Below are positions 47,721 to 58,900 of a stretch of 64,000 nucleotides of DNA, one piece after another. The notes beneath the pieces were generated by a model that did not search any database, had not been told where the DNA came from, and saw nothing but the letters and a program-made list of their open reading frames with translations. Position 1 is the stretch's first letter. Each line of letters begins with the position of its first letter. This DNA comes from Nemertoderma westbladi. Taxonomy: Eukaryota; Animalia; Xenacoelomorpha. The stretch spans positions 1-64,000 of the forward strand of contig JAUCBJ010006257.1 of NCBI GenBank assembly GCA_032718475.1, written 5' to 3'. Both the position numbers and the translations under genes were made by a program.

Positions 47721-47854
47721 TTATTACCAGGTTATTTAGTTATTTTACGAGTTATTTACCCGAGGGACATGTTATAGACCCGAGGCGAAGCCGAGGGTTT
47801 ATAACTGGCCCGAGGGTAAATAATGAGGAAAATAACTAAATAACCTGGTAATAA
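47721..47854 (+). mobile_element. 134-bp foldback/MITE-like hairpin with tandem G.A pairs and a cGAAg loop
   Basis: Perfect 26-bp terminal IR TTATTACCAGGTTATTTAGTTATTTT / AAAATAACTAAATAACCTGGTAATAA; centre GTTATAGACCC-GA-GGC-GAA-GCC-GA-GGGTTTATAAC. Confidence 0.75.
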
Positions 47855-48501
47855 GTGAGTTATTAACCAATTTTACAAGGTTTCCCACATTTCTAAAAGG
47901 GCTTTAGTTTGGGGGCAGAAGTATTAAAATGGGGCTTGGATATTTTGGGGGTACAAATATAATATATTTTCATTTTTGTAATTCTTTATGTGCATTATAT
48001 TTTATTTCAAGACGGTTATTATTCCCTGGGGAGAAATAACTGAATTGGTGATGAATATCACCGACATTCATGTCCCGCATTTCCTGTCCAGTTCGACAAC
48101 TAAAGTACTGTACATGCATAATAAGCAATAAAGAGTATTGATAACATAAGTGGTGTACACATCCAATTAGCCCCTTCTCCTTCAAAATTTTAAAATAGTC
48201 CACATCTAAGGCATCACTTGTAGAATCTCATTATCAGCTTCATCCATCAGTGTCAACTGATCCCTATCCAATTGAATCTCTAATACATCTAAACATCCCG
48301 CCACCATATCCACCCCCACCCAGTCCATCCCGCCACCGCCACCATCTTGTCAAGAAAGAATTCGCTTGCGGGGCGAGCCACGAAGTGAGCGAAGCCTTAG
48401 CATATGGGTGTCATTAACGAGTTGCCTGTCGACGTCGTCTGTCGTCGTCGTAAATTTTTGATCGATAATAACTCGGTCATTCCTTGATTCAATTAAAGTT
48501 A

Positions 48502-49353
48502 TTAGTTACAGACTCTTAGTTACAGACTATTAGTTACAGACTATTAGTTACAGACTCTTAGTTACAGACTCTTAGTTACAGACTATTAGTTACAGACTCT
48601 TAGTTGCAGACTCTTATTACAGACTCTCAGTTACAGACTCTCAGTTACAGACTCTTAGTTACAGACTATTAGTTACAGACTCTTAGTTAAGACTCTTAGT
48701 TACAGACTATTAGTTACAGACTCTTAGTTACAGACTCTTAGTTACAGACTCTTAGTTACAGACTCTTAGTTACAGACTCTCAGTTACAGAATCTCAGTTA
48801 CAGACTCTTAGTTACAGACTATTAGTTACAGACTCTTAGTTACAGACTATTAGTTACAGACTCTTAGTTACAGACTCTTAGTTACAGACTATTAGTTACA
48901 GACTCTTAGTTACAGACTCTCAGTTGCAGACTCTTAGTTACAGACTCTCAGTTACAAACTCTTAGTTACAGACTATTATTTACAGACTCTTAGTTACAGA
49001 CTATTAGTTACAGACTCTTAGTTACAGAATCTTAGTTACAGACTCTTAGTTACAGACTCTCAGTTACAGACTCTCAGTTACAGACTCTTAGTTACAGACT
49101 ATTAGTTACAGACTCTTAGTTACAGACTATTAGTTACAGACTCTTAGTTACAGACTCTTAGTTACAGACTCTTAGTTACAGACTCTTAGTTGCAGACTAT
49201 TAGTTACAGACTCTTAGTTATAGACTATTAGTTACAGACTCTCAGTTACAGACTCTTAGTTACAGACTCTTAGTTACAGACTTAGTTACAAACTCTTAGT
49301 TGCAGACTCTTAGTTGCAGACTCTTAGTTACAGACTCTCAGTTGCAGACTATT
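48502..49353. repeat. 14-bp minisatellite (TTAGTTACAGACTC)n, ~60 copies
   Basis: Directly visible, period 14, variants ACTA/ACTC, TCAG, TTGC. Confidence 0.95.
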
Positions 49354-49367
49354 GTGACGAGGATCGT

Positions 49368-49581
49368 CGGGTGAATACAAAACAAAGTCCCAAGACTTTA
49401 CTGCCCGTTCTGTACAAAACAAAGAGGTAAAGTCACATTAGGTCCCAAAGAGCGTTAGGTCCCATTGCTACTTAAAGGAGCATGTTAGAAAAGGAGCAGG
49501 TTACAGAGGCGTGCTGTGGGAACCAAAACAATAAACGAAAGTTAACAATTGGATCTTTGGTCTTTGTTTTGTACTCACCCG
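49368..49581. mobile_element. MITE-like element with ~28-bp imperfect TIRs
   Basis: CGGGTGAATACAAAACAAAGTCCCAAGA vs TCTTTGGTCTTTGTTTTGTACTCACCCG (3 mismatches). Exact ends and TSD not resolved. Confidence 0.6.
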
Positions 49582-50441
49582 GGGATCGTCGGTATAATAT
49601 GATTAAACAATTTGTTTGATTTATGGAAATAAATCATGAATGAATTTGTATAATTAAATTTTCCATAAAATATTTGGTGCTGGAAGAATTGTTTTTGGTT
49701 GACAAGTAGTTATTTTAGGGAGATTGAATACACCCTAGTTGTTTTTGGGGCACAAACTGCAATGTTGTAACTCGACTTTGAAAGTCGCGGTACGGCTACT
49801 CAAAAAAGTCGCGTTACGGCAAATTGTCGCGTTTCAGATAATCTATTGTCTTGGTTTTACATAAGGAATCATTATCAATATTATTCTATGGTCTTTACGT
49901 ACAGAGGAGGTCCGAAAATTGTAATGTAATAATGTTTTACAGCATGTGAGTATCGACATATTCTTTCGCATTCCCTCGCGCTAACAGGAAATAATAGGAA
50001 AGAAATAGGAAAGATGGTAAAATCTCTCATCCCCCCCCCCCCCCCCCCTGAAACTCACATGCTGCAAAACATGATTAAATTACATTTTTCGGACCTCATC
50101 TGTACGTAAACACCATAGAATAATATTTATAATGATTCCCTCTGTAAGGCCAAGACAATAGAGTAGCCGATACGCGACAGTTAGCTGTAGAGCGCTACAG
50201 TAGCCGTAACGCGAACACCCACTGTATCGCTTGTTGGGATGTCTTGGGAAATACTTGAGTTTCTGGGAAACACACGATGTACGGTATAGTGAAGTCATCA
50301 TTATTGAGCAGTTTTACAGTCAGCTTTCCAACCAACCAGACGATCAAACGATGGATATTCGTGTAAACTTTGCTGTTACCTTGGAAGATGGTTGGGTGAG
50401 AAGATTAATTGTTTGTTATGACGCAGCAGATTCCATACGAT

Positions 50442-51660
50442 AGGAATGTGTAAGATGGGAAATGTGGGAAGATGGATGGGAATGTGTAAAGATGTGAATG
50501 TTGGAAAGTTGGAATGTGGGAAGATGGATGGGAATGTGTGAAGATGTGAATGTTGGAAGATGGGAATATGGGAAGATGGGAATATGTGAAGTTGGGAATG
50601 TGTGAAGTTGGGAATGTTGGAAGATGGGAGGATGTGAATGTGGGAAGATGAGAATGTGGGAAGATGATAATTTAGAAAGATGGGATTTTAGTGAGATGGA
50701 TTGGAATGTGGGAAGATGGATGGAAATGTGGGAAGATGGATGGGAATGTTCGAAGATGGGAATGTGGGAACATGATAATTTAGAAAGATGGGATTTTAGT
50801 GGGATGGATGGGAATGTGGGAAGATGGATGGGAATGTGGGAAGATGTATGGGAATGTGGGAAGATGGATAGGATTGTGTGAAGTTGGATGGGATGTGTGA
50901 AGGTAGATGGGAATGGGGGAAGGTGGATGCGAATGTGGGAAGATGGATGGCAATGTGGGAATATGGATGGCAATGTGGGAAGATGAATGGGAATGTGAGA
51001 AGATGGATGGCATTGTGGGATGATGGGAATGTGGGAATATTGCTAGAAATGTGGGAAAATGGATGGGATGTGTGAAGGTAGATGGGAATGTGGGAAGATA
51101 GGAATATGGGAAGATGAATAGGAATTTGGAAAGATGGATGGGAATGTGGGAAGATGGATGGCAATGTGGGAAGGTGGATAGGATTGTGGGAAGTTGGATG
51201 GGGTGGGAAGATAGGAATATGGGAAGATGAATTGGAATTTGGAAAGATGGATGGGAATGTGGGAGATAGGTGGAAATATGGGAATTTGGATAGGAATGTG
51301 GAAAATGGATTTGGAAGTGGGAATATAAAAATGCGGCAATGTGGATTGGAATGTGGGAAGGTGGATGGGAATGTGGGAAGATGGGTGGAAATGAAGGAAG
51401 ATGGGAATGATGGAATATGGGTAGAATGTGGGAAAATTGGAAGATAGATGAGAATGTGGGAATGAGGGAAGATGGATGGGAATCTGGGAAGATGAATTGG
51501 AATTTGGAAAGATGGATGGGAATGTAGGAATGTGGAAGATAGGTGGAAATATGAATGGGAATTTAGATAGGAGTGTGGATAAATGGATTGGGAAGTGGGA
51601 ATGTGAAGTGGATGGGAATGTGAACAGGTGGATGGGAATGTGGAATGGTGGGAAAAAATA
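50442..51660. repeat. Degenerate purine-rich ~20-bp repeat (GGGAATGTGGGAAGATGGAT)n
   Basis: Extreme G/A skew with almost no C. An inverted degenerate fragment lies at ~51949-52040. Confidence 0.9.
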
Positions 51661-52116
51661 GGAGTGATGCAATATAGTATGTTGTTTAGGTTATAAAAAA
51701 AAAGCTTCTACCTAACCTATTCGTTTCTCTCAATGGTAACAACATCGTTTATTAGTTTTGTTCAAAACCCTGCCTCTGTTAACTGTTCAATTCCATCAAT
51801 TGATAATCTTTGGTTACAAAAGTCCGCCTTTGTAACCTGTCCATATATTGTTAATTGCTCTGGTTAGAAAATATCCTGCCTTTGAAACCTGCAATTTTCC
51901 CTCAATTGGTAACAACATAGTTTATTGACCCTCAATTGATAAAACATACCCCATCCATATTGCCACATTCAAATCCACTTTCCCACACCCGTCTTCTAAT
52001 ATTCCTACCTTCTCACATTCCCATCGACCTTCCCAAATTCGTGTGATTTACAGTTTCGAATTGAGATATAAATATTTACTTTATCATATATAAGTAAATT
52101 TAACGGATTTATAAAT

Positions 52117-52438
52117 AAATCCGTACAACGAGATAAACGTTGAAACTTTGGGAGTAAAAGTGTCTTAAAGGAAATCCGTACAAGAGAGATAAATGGCTAG
52201 ATAGACGTTGTAACTTTGGGAGTAAAAGTGGACCTAGTTGTGTCTTAAAGGAAATCCGTACAAGAGAGATGGCGAGATAGACGTTGTAACTTTGGGAGTA
52301 AAAGTGGACCTCGTTGTGTCCTAAAGGAAATCCGTACAAGAGAGATGGCGAGATAGACATGGTAACTTTGGGAGTAAAAGTGGACCTCGTTGTGTCCTAA
52401 AGGAAATCCGTACAAGAGAGATGGCGTGATAGACGTTT
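52117..52438. repeat. 76-bp tandem repeat, ~4 copies
   Basis: AAATCCGTACAA at 52117, 52172, 52252, 52328 and 52404. Confidence 0.85.
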
Positions 52439-53882
52439 ATTAACTAATTAAGAAGTTCCAGGTAATTAAATTGTATCAAAACAATGAGTTTGCTTCAATA
52501 ACCACCAAAATGTTTTAAAACTCAATATAATATACTAAAATGCTTTTCACAATGAATTTAAAACAAATATAAATTTGTGCATAGTGACTACAGAAACACA
52601 ATATTGTGACATAAGTGTATTGCATAAGTGTCTAATATTAAATGAAGATGACATTTTAACCTGAAAAAAATTATTAATAAAGCACCACTAAATGTTAGCA
52701 TTAGCCCCCTTCACTAAAATGCAAAATGAAGCCTATGGCATAAATAGTTAATAACGCAGCTGTATAAGACGATATCACAGTAATGGGATTGAGCTCAAAT
52801 GTTCGCGCTGTGGAATATATTCCGTAAGGGCATTGCCTCTACATTAATTATTGCTAAGCTAATACATGAAAAAACTATTGTTTTCTTACTTATAGGTTCT
52901 TCCATTGAAATATTTCGAATCTGTTCAGAAATCAGTTCACTCACACGTTTGCAAAGTATTTGCGTAGCAGTTAAAACTGAACAGCAATAATGTTGCATTA
53001 TTTCTAAACCGGTTATACAACATATCTGAAGAGGAATCTCACGCTTGGGCATTGGTGTTATCATTAAAATAAGTTAGGAAATTAATAATTTTGTAACAAC
53101 AGCGAACAGCACATAGGTCAATGTTTATATTACATGTACATTAAGTGTACATTAACAGTACATATATACAGCGTCATATAAAATCAATACGCACCAAAGG
53201 TTGTCCGTTTCATAAAGACGGAACAAAAGTTGTACCAATACCCGAGATTGTTTACACCCGAAAAATCTTAAATATTTACACAAAAAAACAAATACAATCA
53301 CCCTATAATGTTACTTAAAATACTTGCCGGTTTAAAATGATATCTATATTACATATATACATACAGTACATACTTATGTGTGAAGTAACCCTTTGGTGTA
53401 TACTGTTGTCTGATGGATGGGTTTATCACACAATCAGAACTTTGTAAACTTTTCAGGTTTGTATTGTATGTAGTTTTCTAATATTGTAATAATAGGAAAC
53501 AAGAAACTCCTGCTGAAGAGAAAATGGCGTACATGAAAAACTATTACTGTTAGAAAATAGTGTAATATATTTTTGGAGGAATTTCTCAAATTGAATTGAT
53601 AGAGTATTGGATCTGGTATAGGTGATTCGGCCTATTTAACTATTAATTAATAATTTTATTTTGTTTTATTTTATTTAAAACTAATATTATAATTAAAGAG
53701 TTAATAAATTTCCCAATAATAAGAGAAGGTCATATGAGAAACGTGCATTCGAATCGTAAAGTGTTACAGCAATAAATATTTATTATATATACAAACGTGC
53801 TTCAATTCCGGCTGACTCTGGAATGTTTGCCTAACGAGGGTTACAAGCGTGATCAATTATACATTAACGAATTATGTGGGAA

Positions 53883-54590
53883 ATATAATTATTTATTACG
53901 GGAAAAAAGTAGAACTTTTTTCACTATTCTCGAGGCATTTTATTTACCGAGCTCCAACGAGGTTAATAAATAACGGGTCGAGAGAATATTGAAAAAAAAT
54001 GTTCTACATTTTTTTCCAAGTTATACGTAGTTTTATTCTTAAAGCATGGTACTTTTTTGTTGCTTAATTATTTAATAAAAGACTAAAAGAGCAATTGTTA
54101 CAAAATAAATTGAACTGTAGTATTTTACTATATTGCTTCCATAGTTACTGCGATTCAAATTATTGTACTCTTCAACTCCTGACGCTGCCTTACTCAATGT
54201 TAAATAATTTAGTGTTCTAGAATATTTATTACGTAACTAGAGAGCCGCTTAACAACATAAACCAATATTAGATATTGAGTTCCGTTTTGGAGTTCGCCAC
54301 GCAGACACTAAAGTTGAAATAACTTTTGAGTGAGTAAATGGATTTTGCTCAAATTACTTGCAAACATTTTCTACTTCGATGCTCTGTCAACACATGTAAT
54401 AAAAATTAAGAAATTCCACCAAAAATATTTTAACTTACCTTTTTCGCCGGGCGGGAAAAAAGTAAAATCTATGCAATCCCATGGGTTACTTTTTTTTACG
54501 AGGTAAAAACCCTTTTTACCCTTTTGTACCCTTTTTCTATATTGGTATACCAATGTTGCAACACATTTGCAACAGTAACAATTTAAGAAT
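53883..54590. mobile_element. Dispersed repeat, copy B (longer; same orientation as 30443-30988)
   Basis: Same blocks as copy A plus an extra ~140 bp (about 53995-54135) that completes the hairpin head. Confidence 0.8.
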
Positions 54591-55627
54591 AAAGCTATTT
54601 TACTCTCATGTAATACGTATAAATTTATTCTACTGGATAACCTAGTGTCGCATAAGATTGATTATATTCGTCCAGAATATAACCAACCGCCGAGTCACTG
54701 CTGACTGCAGTATTGCAAATGAATATGAAGTACAATTATTTTACGAAGTACTGGCTGCTGACTGGTAGCAAGTGTTGCACGCAGTATGACGCTCATTATT
54801 ATTCCTCTAGAAACATGTATTTATATTGGGCACTCTAACTCCCAAGAGAGAATAAGAGCAATCTTAAATCATCCCTCTATAAAGCGGGTATAAAGGCAAA
54901 TTTAAAGAATAAATTATTGCAAAATATGCAGATTTTGGTATTTGCACTCGCGCACTCGCTATGCTCGTTCGCGAATCAATACAATCGGATCATCACACTA
55001 TAAAGTGCCACTTTACACACAAGTATGGGAATGATTATTATTTTACACTGTTAACTTATTCACTACACCCATTCACACGGTATGTCATACCTTTCCATGT
55101 TCACAGATTCACATCATAAGATAAGAACTATGAACGGCGTGTTGTGGGTTCATGTTAAATAAGTTAAACATATATTTTGATTTGGAGGATTTTTCAAACT
55201 AACAAATTCTTGAAAATAAATTATCACAATTATACAATATATGACATGTGTATAATTGAGATAATAATAAAAATATAATAATTAAGAAACATAATATTAT
55301 GTATCTTAACTTGGAAAAAAGTTAACAGAGCAAAATAAATTCACGTTTTGCATGGGGAATAAATGAAGAACATTATTTCCCGTGCAATTAATAATTATAT
55401 ATTCTAAAAGTATAGATTCACCTACTGACAACTCAAATGATAGACAGAACTGCAAATAATTTGTCAATTTTAGGTTTAGTAGTTCTGTATGTGTACTGTA
55501 GTACTGTACATGAAATAAAATGATTTCAATCCGGTAAGTAAAACATTCCACAAAAGAACCTAAATAAAAGCGAATTAATTTAATAACTAAAATAAATTAA
55601 ATATCTAAAGACATTAAAAACAAACGG

Positions 55628-55980
55628 CGTTCTCGAGGTAATCGTTCTATAACACAAGATAGGGGAATTCAGGAACACAGGATAAGTCTGTTCTAGAACA
55701 TAGGATAAGGGTGTTCTAGAACATAGGATAAGTGTATTCTAGAACATATGATAAGTGCGTTGGAGAACGTATCATTATGGCTTTTCAGAATGAATGATAT
55801 TGTTCTAGAACATAAGATAAGGGTTTTCTAGAACGAAGGATAATAATGGTGTGCAGAAGGTAGCTGGGTTTATATCGCTAGAATATGATAAGGGGATTCC
55901 AGGGAGTAAACTTTGGTAAAGACGTTATGGCACGTATAATAATGGAGTTCTAGAATGCAAGGTAATGGCGTTCTATTGGA
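55628..55980. repeat. Degenerate ~23-bp repeat built on GTTCTAGAAC-ATAGGATAAG, abutting the AGL stop codon
   Basis: Palindromic GTTCTAGAAC core near 55690, 55713, 55737, 55802 and 55826, with more diverged copies around them. Confidence 0.7.
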
Positions 55981-55983
55981 TCA

Positions 55984-58900
55984 CTATTTCGGCACACGAT
56001 ACAAGTCGTAAAGAACGTCCAACATTCCTCCCACACTCCACGCCTGTATGGGGCAGGAGAAGGGACACGACTCTCCATTCTTATTGGTCAGTTCGGGCAA
56101 CCCGTGCCAAGGACTCGCCTCCAGTGCGGCCTGTTGCCGCGAAAGGCGCTGCTTCGCGTAGCGGAATGCGGCGTCCAGACACCCGGGATCGGCGGCCTCC
56201 ATGCGAGCCGCGACGGCAAGTTTAGCTCGAAGGAAGAAGGCGGTGAGCCACAACCACTCGGGGCCCTGGTGGTAGTTGAACCCGCGAGCCACATCGGGAT
56301 CAGATGAATCGTCGGACTGGTCGTAGTACGGATGGTACTTCCAGTCCCCGGGGTCCAGACTCCGCATTCCGAGAGGAGCCGCCAGCTTCTCTTCCGCGAG
56401 CCCGAGCGCCCGCCACGCGCGGCTCGCCGTGAACATCTCGGGCCCGGTCACCATAGCGACGAGGAAGTTGGGCCGCAGTCGGTGGTCGTCCCACGGACGG
56501 GAGGAGCCAACCGAGTCGCGGTAGATCCCGCGGAGGTTGGAGTACGGCTCCAACGTACCCGTCGGATCCACCCAGAACAGCGGCTCGAAACTCCGATCGA
56601 TGAGCGCGGCCCATTGAGCGAATGTAACCTCCTCCGCGCCGACCTTTATCCCGGGGCGCGGATACCTCCCGTCGCCATGACAACCGGCCAACCAACCCAC
56701 GACCCCGCGACACAACCCGACCAGCTCGACCGCCGTCCCATCCCGCGGCGTCGCCGGAACCCCGCGGGTCCCCGCCCGTTCGCTCTCGCCCATTTTATCC
56801 ATCCAGGTTCCGCAATTGTGTTCGTTCCCCCCGTAGGGGAACCCAGTGGCCCAATCGATCCCGGCTGTCACTACGAATCCCTCCCACTTCATGTGAGCGT
56901 CGATCCCTGATCCCGCCCCCCGTTCGATAAACTCGATCCCGTTCCCGTGGCTCTCCAACCCGCGCTGCATCACCTCGTACAGAAACTCCTCCTTATTCTC
57001 TTCGTCTTCCCACATCGAAACAACGTGGGACTTCAATATCTCGAAGCCGCTTGGGGCCATCTCGCAGTAATCTCTGATGCAGTACAACCACCACCAGATG
57101 GCGTCCCTACAGTTATACCGAGCGTGGGTCCCGGCCCCGAGGAGATTCGGTATCAAACCGTGTCGCATAGTCCCTCCGTAGGCGAGGATGAGATCCCGAG
57201 CCTCGTCCCACCGACCCGTGACCAGCAGCAGACCGCGGGCCGCTATGAACGTGTCGCGACCCCAGTTACGCATAATACCGGAAGCGAAGTGAGGCAGACC
57301 AGCGGCCATGGAGGGGAGACGTTGTTCGAGGAGACCAGAAGTCGGGTTCAATCGGGTGGGAAGTCGAGGTAGACTGGAGGAAACCGCGGGGAGGGGAGCC
57401 GAATCAACCACTCCCATCAGCTGGACGCTCCCGAGGGAGAGCTCCTTAACAAAGGTCGAACCTTTCTTAACGAAATCGCTCATATTCGAGTACATAACGT
57501 CGAGGATGTTTATGAAAGCGCCGGTGACTATAGCATCGAAGTAACACGGGATGAGGTAGCGAGGAAGGAGTTTAAGTCGGTCGAATACGTTGGCGAACCA
57601 GGCGCCGATTGCCTGAGTGCGAGGGTTCATTGACAATCGGTTGGATATGTAGCCGGGCATCCAGTCACCGTCGCGGAGATTGTCGCAGAACGGATGGCCG
57701 AGATCGTTACCGATACGGAGCTGGGAGAGGACCGACACGAACCCGAAGAGGCCGCAGTACGGGAGGTCCCCGTGTCGCGGCACGTTGTAGGCGGAGATCC
57801 CGTTACCGTCCGAGAGCTCCTCGTCGCTGCAACGGTAGAGAACGCGGTTCAACTCAGACAGACTGAGCTCCCGGACGAGGTTGACAAAGTCGGCGGGGCG
57901 GAGGTCCTGCGGGGAGTCGGCCACGGCTGACCGGTAACCGAAGCGGACCAGTTCGTTACGGATCGACTGGACGGCGGACGCCGAGGTCGGGGCTAGGGAA
58001 ACCTTGAGGACGAAAACCGAACCCGGAGGGAAGTCGGTGAACTCAAGTTCCTGCACGGCCCCATCCGTTTCCGCCTTCACCTCGAACATCCCGCTGTCGG
58101 AAACCGCCACGTTATCCCTAATTGCCAACCGATACCCCGCCAGTCCGTTTATATACGAGGCATCGCGACGGTACGACGGGGCGTACTTCCTCGTCTCGAG
58201 TTTGGCCTCGAGAAGGACTTTATCGACGCGCCCCGGGACGCAGAGAGATGGAACGTTGGTCGGGGTGTCTGGGGGCTGCGTGAACGAGGTGCGGGCCACC
58301 AGAACCACGGAGTGGTGCAGCGACGGACAATGTCGCGTCACCGCCACAATGTCCGCATCTACTTGGTCAACATAAACCTCGTTGAACCCGCGAGTAGACA
58401 ACATCTGGTGTAGGTGGTTCAAGGCTTTCTTCCCCTTTAGGATTCCGTTGTTTATATTAACTACCCCCGGCGTCTCCGCCCCGGAGTTCTTCCCTCCCAT
58501 AACCGCCTCTCCTTCCCAGTTGTTGTACATCCGATTCTCGGTAACCACGTGGATCTGATGTGGAACCAACTCGTCGTAGCCCCGGTTGCTCCCGGTCGAG
58601 CAGCAGCCCATTGCGACGATAGCCGCCGTCGGCAAGGCGTCGTAAACGGAACGGCGTGCGATCACCGCCGGGTTGTCGTGCGTCTGGTCCATAAACACGG
58701 CGTGGGCCACGGACGGTACGAGGGGCCGCACGCACGGCTGTATGAAGGAGCCGACCGGATCGCCACCGTACCGGTGAACCAGTCGGCCTTCCTCGTGGCT
58801 GTCCGGCGCCGACATCGCCTCCCGGATCAGCGAGTTGATCCCGAGTCGATTCACGAAAACGTTGTCCACGTCGGAGGAGCCGGTGAAGAGTTCCGCAACG

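Noticed and set aside
50080-53064. Short unique ORFs (50080-50443, 52795-53064) as exons
   Set aside because: No recognisable homology or convincing splice context by eye; would need BLASTX or RNA-seq.
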